Positions 12,558 through 24,951 of a DNA stretch of 64,000 nucleotides are shown here, one piece after another. Both the position numbers and the translations under genes were made by a program. A model generated the notes under the pieces. That model saw only the letters and a program-made list of their open reading frames with translations. It was not told where the DNA came from and did no database searches. This stretch comes from Octopus vulgaris (lineage: Eukaryota), in the NCBI GenBank assembly GCA_951406725.2, contig OX597815.1, positions 23,560,001-23,624,000 of the forward strand. The letters are read 5' to 3'. Within the stretch, counting starts at the first letter, position 1. Each line of letters starts with the position of its first letter.

Positions 12558-13306
12558 TAAAACAAACGCTATGAAAAAACTGTTGAATAACCAAAATTAC
12601 TCCAATAGGCATGGGGAAAGTAATACTTCATTCATAGAATCTGCATATGCACACATACACACACACACACACACACATATGTGTCTATATGTGTGAAAGT
12701 ATATGAAATGCATATGTGTCTATATGTGTAAAAGTATATATATATATACTTTCACACATATAGACACATATGCATTCCAACATATATATGTGTGTGCGTG
12801 TGTGTTTGTGTGTATGTGTGTGTGTGCTTTTCTCTTCTTGTCTTGACATCATGTGATTGTAGTAAGTGAGTACCACTGTTATTCAAGTGGTGTCCTTTGC
12901 TTCCAGTCTTCTATATAAACATGTCTGGAAGCCACTGAGTGCTGAAATCATTAAAGGCATTAACCCATAGAAAAATTAATTCTATCTAATCCATGCAAGC
13001 ATGGATAAGTGGACATAAAAATGATAATAATCATGATCATTATGTAATTTGTTTTAATCATCACATCCTGTAGTATAGTCATTTTTGTGTCTTATTAACA
13101 CATATTTATTAGCAACAGAAGCAGTATTAATAATGGGTTCAAATTTTGGCACAAGGCCAGCATTGTGAGAGATGGGGTAAGTCAATTACATTGACTCCAG
13201 TGCTATACTGGTACTTATTTTATTGATCCCGAAAGGATGAAAGCAAAGCTGACCTCAGCAGAATTTGAACTCAGAACGTATTGATGGATGAAATGCTGCT
13301 AAGCAT

Positions 13307-13800
13307 TATAACGGATGGCAAGGTTTACGATATCGGGAGAATACCGCCTTCTTCCATTATCTCTTTTTGTTCTTCGTGTGGTTCAGGCTCCGGCAGGCGA
13401 AGAGAGAAGACTTCAAGTACAAATGCTATTTACAAGTGGTTTATTTACAGGTTTCACAGGATAGGTGAAGTGTGCTGCTCTCAGCAACCATCTTTAGCTG
13501 TGTACATTGTGTAGTGGCTCTGTTAGTGCAGGCACATTGCCTCTGGAGGTACAACATACAGACAGGCCCAGCCAATGGAGTGCACTCAGCAAGCACTGCT
13601 GCTAAGAGGTGGAAAGGAGAGGCAGCAAAAGTGAGGAAGAATCTCAATCTGTTTTGCCCTTATATACAGTTTGCCATCACAAGCCTTGTGATCTCGCGCA
13701 TGGCAAATGGATGCAGGTGAGGGCTCGCTCCAGTCTCAGAGATGGCAATGGCTGCCGTGAGATCTCATCCAATATGGCGCTGACTGTTTGTGCCACTACA
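13307..13800 (-). mobile_element. Solo LTR (Gypsy-like) inserted in a SINE
   Basis: Minus-strand termini TGTAGTGG...CCGTTATA, 4-bp TSD GCAT, and TATA plus AATAAA on the minus strand. It splits a SINE (13136-13306 / 13801-13840). A second copy is at 36586-37205. Confidence 0.75.
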
Positions 13801-15013
13801 GCATTTTGCACAGTGTGCTAATGATTCTGCCAGCTTACCACGTAAGATTTTATCCCCAATTAAATGTGAATGTTCTTTTAGAACAAACTATACTGCAATA
13901 CATACCACGAGAGAAACTCTCTCAGATTGGCTTTTAGTGTAAAATGCACTCTTGTTTGTAGGATAAATATTGTATCTTGTGTATTTGTACTACCTCTTTT
14001 TATAGAATATGCCAGTATATTCCATAATGCTGGCATAGTTTCCAGTGTTTGAAACCATTATCTCTTTTATGGCAGTTTACATACTATGCTTTGATTATGA
14101 CCAAACAGCCAGAAACACATTCTTCACAACCTCCACACATTTTATACATTCTGCTCTAACATTTTTTCCTTTGTACTCTGCTTCATTATATGATTTTTTG
14201 GTAGGTTCTCATCCGAAGGTTTTTGCTTTGGACCACTTTGTTCTCAAGTCATGGGTTTATCAGCCAATGCTGAGCTTTCTTTTTTTTATATCCACCATTC
14301 ACTGCATTCAACTCAGTCCATCTCACCTTCATCCATCCATCTCACCTTCATCCATCTGCACCCACCTTCATCTATGTGCTGCTCTCCTTTCATACTCCAT
14401 TCACCCTGTCCAATCTTCTGGACTGTTTCTCTAATGTTCACATTCTTGTAACTTGAGGATAAATCCTGACAACTTTTCATCATTTTCTCCCTTTTTCACC
14501 TGGAGTAATCCCCTCCCCACCTCAATACTACACCATTTCATTTGAGGGGTCTTGTTTTGCTACTTACTGGGCAGCCTTACATGTGTCAGAGCCACATAAA
14601 AGTAACCAGTACACTCTGTCAAGCAGTTGGTATTTGGAAGGGCACCAGCTGTAGAAACCAGGTTGAAGCAAACACGGGAGCTGATTTGTTGGATCCTGTC
14701 AAACTGTCCAACCCATACCAGCATGGAAAATGGATGTTAGACTACAATAATGATGATGATGATTTTGGTCAATCTTGGATAATGGCCTTATTGAGTTTTT
14801 CATGCCAAAGTTCTTTTATTCTTTATTTGTTTCAGTCGCTGAGCTGTAGCCACGGTCAATTAAATTGACCCTAGAGATATAAGTCTGGTATTTATATTTC
14901 TCCCCATTTATTTTTTTTTACTGAACAACTAAGTTACGGTGACATAAACAAACCTACACTGGTTGTCAAGCAGTGAGAAACAAATACAAATACACATGTG
15001 CACACACGCATGT

Positions 15014-15083
<70 letters not shown>

Positions 15084-15426
15084 GCACACACACAAACACA
15101 CACACTCTTGTGGCTCTTCCAACTGCATAATAGTCCTCCCCTGTACTGATGGTTTGTAGCTGCATTGTGCTGCTGCAGGAGTTTAACACAGCTTGAATTC
15201 TTCACCTCAAGCTTATATGGCAATTTGTTGCACACTTTGTGCACATATGTGCACATAGAGCTTATAGTGCCATGCTTGTGTGCCTGTATAGCCATGCTGC
15301 ACCTACAGCCATGCCAGAGTGTTATTATTTATAATCAGTTTTATGCAAGTTCCCGCCGTGTGATTAGCTGCACTTCTGTGCTTCTCAGATATGTACTGTG
15401 TTGTCTTTTGTGAATGCAAAGCAGTG

Positions 15427-15723
15427 TTGTGGGACTTTAACATTCAGACCGACAGAGTAATAGAAACTAGAAGGCCTGATTTAGTAGTAGTAGAATAGAA
15501 AGTACCAGATAATTGACTTTACAGACCCAAATGATGAAAATATCAATATGAGAGGTATAGACAAAATAGTAAAGTACCAAAACCTAGCCATTGGATTACA
15601 GAGACTATGGAAAATGTGGATAAAATGTATCCCAGTAGTTATTGGTGCATTGGGAACTATCGTTAAAGATCTGAACAGACAGATAGAGGAAATAGGCATA
15701 AAACCCAGTTTGGTACAGCTCTG
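15427..15723 (+). mobile_element. Inverted duplicate of the R4/Dong-like RLE domain
   Basis: Reverse complement of 16248-16545 with about 7 differences. Encodes RRPDLVVVE...KIVKYQNLA...IPVVIGALG. Confidence 0.85.
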
Positions 15724-16099
15724 CTTTGTTGATTCTGGTGTTGCCTATAGTGTACACAATGTACAATGTATTACGTTACTGGAAAAATGTTTTTATCTCT
15801 TATGGTTTTATGTTAGAAGAGGATTAAATAAAATAAGTTCTGTGTGGGTGGCAAGGGCATAGAATTTAAAATATGTCAATTATTGGTTCTGTAATGTGTT
15901 ACAATGTCAGGAATCCATTTTATAAAAGTATTTGCTGTTTTATTTTAATGGAGCGGGGGATTGTATAAGGAGTGTGATGGATGCAGAGTGTGCACTATCT
16001 GTTGTTCTGTTGAAGTGAAAGTTTCTTCAATATGATGTGGATGTGGCTATCAGAGCTATCTTTCGGACTGATTGAAATGTTGTGAGTTCAGGTATTTTT

Positions 16100-17857
16100 T
16101 ATTACTATTATTATCATTTTCATAAGCACACAACAGATTAAACTGTTGGAAAAGAAAAAAACAAACCTAACATTGGGCTACAACAAGTAACCTTAGATGC
16201 CAAGAACCCTCCTAAGTATACTTGTAGTCCCTTATAACACTGTTTTCCAGAGCTGTACTAAACTGGGTTTTATGCCTATTTCCTCTATCTGTCTGTTCAG
16301 ATCTTTAACGATAGTTCCCAATGCACCTATAACTACTGGGATACATTTTATCCACATTTTCCATAGTCTCTGTAATCCAATGGCTAGGTCCTGGTACTTT
16401 ACTATTTTTTTCTATACCTCTCATATTGATATTTTCATCATTTGGGACTGTAAAGTCAATTATCTGGTACTTTCTATTCTACTACTACTAAATCAGGCCT
16501 TCTAGTTTCTATTACTCTGTCGGTCTGAATGTTAAAGTCCCACAATATCTTGTATTTCTTGCTTTCTAGTAATTTACTAGGGTTCATGTTCATGCCATTT
16601 ATTAATCTGTTCAAATCCTAGCTTTCTACAAAACTCTTAGTGGATTATTCTCCCTAGGTTGTCATGTCTTTTCTTGTATTCTTTCTGTGCCAGTATGCTT
16701 CACTCACTTACTTTATGAGTAACACTTTCCTCTTTTGATTTGCATAACCTACACTGGGGATCTACTTGGTTTTTGTCTATCGTGGCTTTTATCCAATTAG
16801 TCCTTAATGCTTGATCTTGTGCAGCTGCTAACAAACTTTCTGTCTCCCTTTTCAGCTTTCCTTTCTGCAACTATAGCCCTGTTTCCCTACTACTATTTGC
16901 TGCAACTATTTTTGGGAATCTACAATGCAGCACTTTCTCTTGCCAGTCAGATAATTTCTGTTCTTTTTTCTGATTTTTAACTTTGAATTTTTGGTTTCCT
17001 TATGTCTTACTGTGACTCTAGCAGCTTTTAATAAACTTTCTTCACTTTTACTTACATAGGAGTCTATATCTACTCTAGCTAACTCAACGCAGTCTTCTAC
17101 TGATATTAACCTTCTTCCACCTTCCTTTCTAGATAAGTATAATCTTGCTACTCCTGTCCTTGGGTGGAGTCCTCCATTCATACTGAATTCCTTCCTAGTT
17201 CTTTTGCCTAGCTTTGCTAATTCAGATTTTTTCCAATGTACAAAAGCTGCTGTGTATCTAAAATAATGATACTGCCCAAGTATTTACAGCTTTCACTAGA
17301 TTCAAACCATTTAGCTTTGACTTCATTAGCTTCCTCATGCTTCTGATGTACTCCTCAATTTTCATTTCCATTTCTATAGTTAGTACTCTGTCACATTCTA
17401 ATACTCCTAGATACTTATAACTCTTACCTCCTTTCAATGATTTTAATGTCTGGCTATCTGGTAATTGGATGCCTTCACTGTTGGCTACCTGTCCCCTTTT
17501 CATGACTAATATTGCACACTTATCTATGCCAAATTCCATGCCTATATCTTTACTGAAGTGTCTTACAGTCTGTATTAAGGAAATTACTAAAAAGCTTCAG
17601 ATCATCCATGTAGAGCAAATGGTTAATTTTTCCCTTACTATTTCTGAAGTGATACCCTGCCTTTGCCTTCCTTAATACTAAACTGAGGGGGATCAAACAC
17701 AAGACAAATATTAAAGGGTTCAAGTCCCCCTGGAAAATTCCTCTTTTGATATTAACTTTCCCTAAGAGTGTATCACCTGAGTAGAGATCTACTTTCCATT
17801 TCTTCATGCTAAAGCTAATTCATTCTTTTATGTTGTCTGCTATACTGAATATACTTA
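16100..17857 (-). mobile_element. R4/Dong-like non-LTR retrotransposon, 5'-truncated and decayed
   Basis: RT motifs (KRGIFQGD, NHLLYMDDLKLF, MEFGIDKCA, YKYLGV), LHPR..RLYLSRKEGGR and a restriction-like endonuclease C-terminus. Ends in AAT-rich repeats. Confidence 0.85.
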
Positions 17858-17865
17858 CTACTACT

Positions 17866-18570
17866 ATTATTATTATTATTATTATTATTGCCTTTGCACA
17901 GTTTCTAACACTGAAGATGTACTACAGTGTCAGCTGTTCACTACCAGTGAACTAAGGTAATACCTCTTAGTTTTCAAGCACATTCCGGAATATTTGAGCG
18001 GTTCCAAGCAGTGCTGTTTTCTGCAAGTGCTTCACCCTTATCGGAGCCCCTAGTTGTTCCACGTACTTCTTGAGATTTTTGCTCACTGTTCCCAGGGCTC
18101 TGACAATTATCGATACTACTGCTACCTTTTTCATTGACCACAACTGCTTAACTTCCCAAGCTAACCTGTCATAACTCTCAACTTTTCTTTCTTCCTTACC
18201 GCATATCTTGTTGTCAGCTGGGCATGCTATATCTATGATCCAGCATAGTTTGTTTTCTTTCTCAATTAAGACTATGCCCGGCTTCCTCTTTTCTGTCTCA
18301 TGGTCACACTGAATCATAACATCCCATAGGATCTTTGCATTTCTGTTTTTGACAATGCCTTTAGGTTTGTGATCATACCGATTTTTCACTCTGTCAAGTT
18401 CATACTTGTTGCAAAGCGTCCAATGGACAAGCCTGGCTATATTGTCATGGCATCTCTTGTATTCCTTCTGGGATAGTGGCGTACATTGGCTGGTAATATG
18501 CCATACAGTTTCACTGTTTTGTCCACAGATTCTGCACTTATCACTTTCTGCTGTGTTGTCTATTCTATTC
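17866..18570 (-). mobile_element. Second R4/Dong-like 3' fragment (different subfamily)
   Basis: ORF 17967-18389: KILWDVMIQCD..KPGIVLI..WIIDIACP..KVESYDRLA..LQKTALLGTA, the RLE domain. Flanked on both sides by (TAT)n. Confidence 0.85.
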
Positions 18571-18668
<98 letters not shown>

Positions 18669-18675
18669 TTATTAT
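18571..18675. repeat. (TAT)n/(TAC)n microsatellite
   Basis: Directly visible. Confidence 0.95.
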
Positions 18676-19350
18676 TCAGTAGTCTTATTTACATTGCATG
18701 CTTCCACTGCACCACCAAGTGCAGCTCTGTGGGCCTTGGGTATGTGGTGTGATTTGTTTTTGTGTTATTGTTATCATCATCATCATCATCATCATCACCA
18801 CCGCCGCCGCCGCCACCACCACCACCACCGCCGCCGCCATTTCCAGAACACTCTAATCATAGGCATTAATGCTCAGTAAATTAATTCCAGTTTTCAAAAA
18901 TTTCTCTAATTAAAGTTGGAATCTTTATCATTATAATTGTTTAGAAACCTTTTCAGGGAAAAGACAATTTTTAAAATTTCAGTGTTTTTCCTAATTAAGG
19001 AATGCATAATCAATTTTTGTCATTGTCTGCAGCCAGCGGACAAATATTTTTATTGTTAAAAAGTTTGAAGTATGAAGGAGAAATGGTAGGAGGCAACCAT
19101 GATTGTCATGGTAATGATAACTAACGTAATGATAACTAACGTCATTTGCTTTGAAATTATAGCTTGCGACAGTGAAATAGTGATGACTTTCACCTAGATA
19201 TTCTTTTGAGTACGGAGATGTACCTGCATAGCAAGTGATTTGATCTGAGATCGTGTGCTGAGACGAAAACAATTGCAGCGTGAAAGGTGTTTGTAAGCCA
19301 TTTAAGAAACACACAAAAGCCATTCGATTCACTTCAACATTTAAGTTTAA

Positions 19351-19401
19351 TTTGTCAAAATATTTTCGTCGCTTTGAGACCGCGACCTGTTCACTGACAA
19401 A
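19351..19401 (-). ncRNA. Minimal type I hammerhead motif, G3:C8 variant (left arm)
   Basis: Reverse-complement copy of 19621-19671 with one change in the stem II loop. Confidence 0.6.
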
Positions 19402-19620
19402 AATCTGTGCTGCATCTCAGCACGGATTTTTGTCGCTTTAAGACCGCGACCTGTTCACTGACAAAAATCCGTGCTGCATCTCAGCACGGATTTTTGTCGC
19501 TTTAAGACCGCGACCTGTTCACTGACAAAAATCCGTGCTGCATTTCAGCACGGATTTTTGTCACTTTAAGACCGTGACCTGTTCACTGACAAAAATCTGT
19601 GCTGCATCTCAGCACGGATT

Positions 19621-19671
19621 TTTGTCAGTGAACAGGTCGCGGTCTTAAAGCGACGAAAATATTTTGACAAA
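19621..19671 (+). ncRNA. Minimal type I hammerhead motif, G3:C8 variant (right arm)
   Basis: TTTGTCA-GTGAACA-G-GTCGC(9 nt)GCGAC-GAA-AATATT-T-TGACAAA: 7-bp stem I, 5-bp stem II and palindromic stem III. Confidence 0.6.
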
Positions 19672-20691
19672 TTAAACTTAAATGTTGAAGTGAATCAAAG
19701 GGCTTTTGTGTGTTTCTTAAATGGCTTACAAACACCTTCCACGCTGCAATTGTATTCTTTTGAGTAATATGATAATAAATGTGTCAATGTTAATTCTGAC
19801 AACACCAGCAATGCTCTGGCACAGCCCAGCCATAAATTGGGTAATGGTGCTACTATAACAACAAGATAAGAAACAACACTAATAATAGTGGCAAGAACAA
19901 AAATGGAAGAAAAATAGTGCAATGGACAATGAGATAAGATAGAAATGATAACATTGGCAAGACCAACAACAAAAAGGTTGGAAATGTTTGCAAAGAGTCA
20001 AATGAAACAAGTCAGTCCTACTGCGTGGCACCTTGGGCAAGTGTCTTCTACTATAGCCTCGGGCCGACCAAAGCCTTGTGAGTGGATTTGGTAGACGGAA
20101 ACTGAAAGAAGCCCGTCGTATATATGTATATGTATGTATGTGTGTCTGTGTTTGTCCCCCTAGCATTGCTTGACAACCAATGCTGGTGTGTTTATTAAAG
20201 GCCGTGCACCAGCATGGCCGCAGTCAAATGACTGAAACAAGTAAAAAAGAGAGAAAAAAAAAGAGAAAAGAGAAAGTGACATCAACATCCATTAACAACA
20301 GTTACAAGAAACTGAATATAATAACAATAGAACTTCTGGAAGAGATAGACCCAGGTAGATGTGGGATGAGGTGGTGAAATATGATCTTTGGTTGGTGAGT
20401 CTTGTGGAGGTAATGACAAGTGATTGAGATTTCTGGTGATTTGCTGTGCTTGAAAAGATGTGTTAAGCTAAGTGGCCAGTGCTTGTGATACATAAAAGGC
20501 ACCTGTGCTAGTGACATGTAAAAGGCACCTGTGCTGATGACACATAAAAAATACCCAATACACTCTGTAGAGTGGTTGGTGTTAGAAAGTGTATCCAGTT
20601 GTACAAAAACCAAGCCAAAACAGACTGGAGCCTGGTGCAGCTCTCTGGCTTACCAGCTTCAGCCAAACTGTCTAACTTGTGCCAGCATGGA

Positions 20692-21276
20692 ATCATCATC
20701 ATTATCATCATCATCATCATCATCATTTAATGTCCGTTTTCCATGCTAGCATGGGTTGGACAGTTCGACCGGGCTCTGGGAAGCCAGGAGGCTGTACCAG
20801 ACTCCATTCTGATCAGGCAGTGTTTCTACAGCTGGATGCTCTTCCTAACATCAACCACTCTGTGAGTGTAGTGGGTGCTTTTTACGTGCCACCAGCACAG
20901 GTGTCAGGGGAGGCTGGCAACGGCCACGATCGGTTGGTGCTTTTTACGTGCCACCAGCACGGAAGCCAGTCAAGGCGGCGCTGGCATTGGCGACATATGG
21001 ATGGTGCTTTTAACATGCCACCGGCACAGGTATCACAACTACAATTTCCATTTGATTTTTTGATGTTGATGTACTTGACTCAATAGGTCTCCTCAAGCAC
21101 AGCAGGCTGTCCTGCGATCCAAGGCACTTTGGATGGGCTAGGGCTTCTATGTGAAGCTGGTGCAGGAAACAGCCATGAACTCACATTATTTGTCGGGTCT
21201 TCGCAGTCACAGCATATCTCCAGAGGTCTCGGTCTTTCGTCATTGCCTCTGTGAGACCCAACATTCGAAGGTCATA
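20692..21276 (-). mobile_element. RTE LINE 3' end: last codons, stop, full 3'UTR and (GAT)n tail
   Basis: YDLRMLGLTEAMTKDRDLWRYAVTAKTRQIM* matches the 6.3-kb RTE fragment and continues into the modular UTR and tail. Confidence 0.85.
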
Positions 21277-21625
21277 GATGTTAAATGATGGTGACAAAGA
21301 GAACAATAAAAGCCATGAAAACAGCAAGAGAAAATTTTTTAAATGGCTCATCAATGACAACAATAATGAAAAGAAAACTAACACCAAGAAGTGTAGTTCA
21401 TTTGCAATGGTTACTAGTATCTTGACTAAACACTCATTTCAACTTCCCAAGCGAACTTATAATGTAAGGAATCTGAAGTTCATTATTAGTTCATTGTTTT
21501 TCTCTCACTTTAGAACAAGGCTTCCACTGACCGGTGTTATTACCCTTTTCCTTTGGCACAAAATAGTACCCCTCACTCTTTGCAGGCACTCTTGTGTTTG
21601 CTTGAGAGAAAGGGTTTGTGCCTGT

Positions 21626-22030
21626 ATACTCTTTACTCTTTTACTTGTTTCAGTCATTTGACTGCGGCCATGCTGGAGCACTGCCTTTAGTCGAGCAAAT
21701 CGACCCCAGGACTTATTCTTTGTAAGCCTAGTACTTATTCTATCAGTCTCTTTTGCCAAACTGCTAAGTTACAGGGCTGTAAACACACCAGCATCGGTTG
21801 TCAAGCGACGTTGGGGGGGACAAACACAGACACACAAACACACACACATATATATATACATATATACGATGGGCTTCTTTCAGTTTCCATCTACCAAATC
21901 CACTCACAAGGCATTAGTCGGCCCGAGGCTATAGTAGAAGACATTTGCCCAAGATGCCACGTAGTGGAGACTGAACCCAGAACCATGTGGTTGATAAGCA
22001 AGCTACTTACCACACAGCCACTCCTACGCC
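21626..22030 (-). mobile_element. tRNA-derived SINE with CORE-like segment
   Basis: Head AGGAGTGGCTGTGTGGTAAG...GGTTCAGTC, CORE-like TTGGGCAA segment, internal (TA)/(TG) repeats and an AAAAGAGT-repeat tail. Confidence 0.85.
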
Positions 22031-22792
22031 TATGCAACCACATTTCTCAGTGAATGAGTAGAAATATAGCACCAGGACATTTTAAGCAAGGTTGGTTTCT
22101 GTTCTGCTTTCAAAGGCTGAATTTGCTACAATGGACATCAACACCTGCTTGGTGGTTCAGCTAAATGGCTACCCATGGGAATTGTTTTACATTGTGTGCT
22201 TGGTCCATCAATGATGCCCCTTCTTTTCTCTTCCTTATGTTTTAGTGCTCAAACCACAACTGCAAATGTTGGAAAATTTGGGAGGGGTATCCCACTCAAT
22301 CAGAGTGACAGGTGCCATGTTGAAGGAATATAAAATGGTATAAGGGGTATACATTGACAAGGGCAAATTGGTGAGATTGAACTCAAAATATATGTAGTTG
22401 TACTCTATGTTCAGAGAGATCAAATCCCACTAAGGTCAACATTGGCTTTCGTTCCTCCAGGGTTTTGATGAAATATAGTACCTGTCAAGTACCGGAGTCA
22501 GTGATACTGACTAATCCCTCCCCTCAAAATTGTTTGCTTTGTGCCTAAATCAAATACTGCTGCCACCACCATGACATCTGCTTTCCATGTTTGCATGGGT
22601 CAGATGGAATTCATAAAGGTGAATTTTTCATGGCCAATGCCCTGCCTGTCACCAACCCTCACCTGTTTCCAGATAAAGTAATATTTTCCCCATGTCCAGA
22701 TATGTTTTCACCCAAGACTCAAAACAAAGGACAATGCTTGCATTATGGTGATATTCACTTACAACTATCATGCGAAGACAAGGTATGAAGGC

Positions 22793-22823
<31 letters not shown>

Positions 22824-22832
22824 ATTATATAT

Positions 22833-23099
22833 TGTGGGATGACGTCAGCAGCTGGGGAGCTGACCGGAACTTGGGGCTGATCGGAAGGGGCAGCAGTGAC
22901 GCGCGCACAGGTAGGGTGGTATTTGGCTCTTCGATTGCCGTCGCTGAGTGAGGAAGTCGGGCCAGCACGTTGTTAAGGTTGGGAGAAGCAGCTGCTATTT
23001 CTAGCGTTTGGGTCGGGCTGTGTTGAAGGATCCATTACCGCTGAAGGGTCTCCAACTGAGCGAAGAGAAGGTAGGTGCTTTTATTTTGAATCTCTCACA
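22833..23099. mobile_element. Possible solo LTR (GC-rich insert)
   Basis: TGTGGGA...TCTCACA termini and a GC/CpG-rich body interrupting a (CA)/(TA) tract. TSD is not clean and there is only one copy here. Confidence 0.4.
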
Positions 23100-24248
23100 T
23101 ACACCACATATATGATGGAATTTTTTCATTTTTCTGTCAACCAAATCCACTCACAAGGTTTTGATCTGTTTTATCAGCCTAAGGTTATTGTTGAAGACAC
23201 TTGCCTAAGATGCGCTATGACGTGGGACTGAACCTAAAACCATGTGATTCAGAAGCAAACTTCTTACCTCCCAGCTATTTCTACTTCAAACTTCCTCATA
23301 TCAATGCTAAATTCTTTTATCACAGAGTTACGACTGCAGTGAGTTACAAGCTTTCAAAATATATAATAAGAAACCAGCATTTTAATCATATGACCTCTGC
23401 CTCTGATAACCTTTTGTTATGCAAGATATATTGTGAATAAGAAGACATTGAAACTGCGTAAGAAAATTTGGAAATGAACAATCATGTTTTCTTGAAATCT
23501 TTATTCTTGCCTTTTTAAGTCTCTTTTTCTCTCCTGATTTTATCGCCCATGTCTAACTGTGTGTATCACAGTTTTAGAATAAGTACACTGTGTCCTTGTA
23601 TAATGTGAGAGCTGACTAAAATGGCTAGCAACATGAAAACCTTTAACCATAAAACATTGCTTCAGAGAAAAAAATAAAACACTCAATTCATGCTAACATG
23701 GAAAAGCTTGATATAAAACAACTATGGCAATGCTGGTGGCGACCGTGGTGGTCATTTTTTTTTTTTTTTTTAATGCCCAATATCTTTTAAGTTCCAGATG
23801 GGATATTTTGCTTAGGAATAAATTATTGGTGATAGCTCTTTGTCATGACACTGTTTGATCCAATTCTAAACACACACAAAAAAAAAAAAAAAAAACATTT
23901 CAGAAATGCCAGAACAGAAAATTTTGCACAATACAGTTTTATTGAATAGCAAAATGTTACGCAAGAACAGAAAATATAATCTATAAGCTTTAGTTTCAAA
24001 ATTTAATTTATTTTTTGTACACTTTCTGTTTTGTCTTGTGATCAATGAAAGATGAAAGAATGATTTTCACATCTGTTTAGAATATGGTTTTCATATATGA
24101 TTGCCTTATTGTAATATGAATCAACCCATGTTAGTGTGATAGATACTATTTTATATAATATTTATTTTCCAGAATAACTTCCAACAAGTTGGATTTTCAT
24201 CTTTGCTTAGAGATATAACTAAGTGCTAGTTGAACTGTTGGAGGAGCC

Positions 24249-24651
24249 TACTCTTTTACTCTTTACTCTTTTACTTGTTTCAGTCATTTGACTGCGGCCA
24301 TGCTGGAGCACCGCCTTTAGTCGAGCAAATCGACCCCGGGACTTATTCTTTGTAAGCCCATTACTTATTCTATCGGTCTCTTTTGCCGAACCGCTAAGTG
24401 ACGGGGGACGTAAACACACCAGCATCGGTTGTCAAGCAATGCTAGGGGAACAAACACACACACACAAACACACATATATACATATATACGACGGGCTTCT
24501 TTTAGTTTCCGTCTACCAAATCCACTCACAAGGCATTGGTCGGCCCGGTGCTATAGCAGAAGACACTTGCCCAAGATGCCACGCAGTGGGACTGAACCCA
24601 GAACCATGTGGTTGGTAAGCTAGCTACTTACCACACAGCCACTCCTACGCC
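24249..24651 (-). mobile_element. CORE-like tRNA SINE, full length
   Basis: Same family as 21626-22030. Confidence 0.85.
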
Positions 24652-24951
24652 AAATCTTCTTCAGATCACATCCTGAAAAATGGAACAATGCATTGGATGG
24701 TGTTACTCCAGATACATTACCTAAAATGAAAAAGACTGGTTGGTTATGGTTGGAATGGTTTTTATCATGATCTGCATGATGAGAGCTGGTCAATGATGAT
24801 AATGATGGTGATGGGTGGGAGGGTAGCAGTGATGACAACAACAGCAACAACAACAGAATGCCAGTCCACTATAAACATACAATCAATACCAGCTTAAGAT
24901 AGGTGTCATGGGTGCTGTAGCACTAGGCTTTTTGGGCCCATGAATAATATA

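Larger units (their letters stand above)
19213..19752. mobile_element. Fold-back retroelement (Penelope pLTR-like) with four internal 64-bp tandem units
   Basis: 14-bp TSD TATTCTTTTGAGTA (19199, 19753), long inverted arms starting at 19269 and ending at 19753, and 64-bp units starting at 19368, 19432, 19496 and 19560. The Penelope assignment is inferred. Confidence 0.75.

Noticed and set aside
19368-19623. CRISPR-like array
   Set aside because: Units are contiguous near-identical tandem repeats with no unique spacers, no cas genes are present, and the context is eukaryotic.
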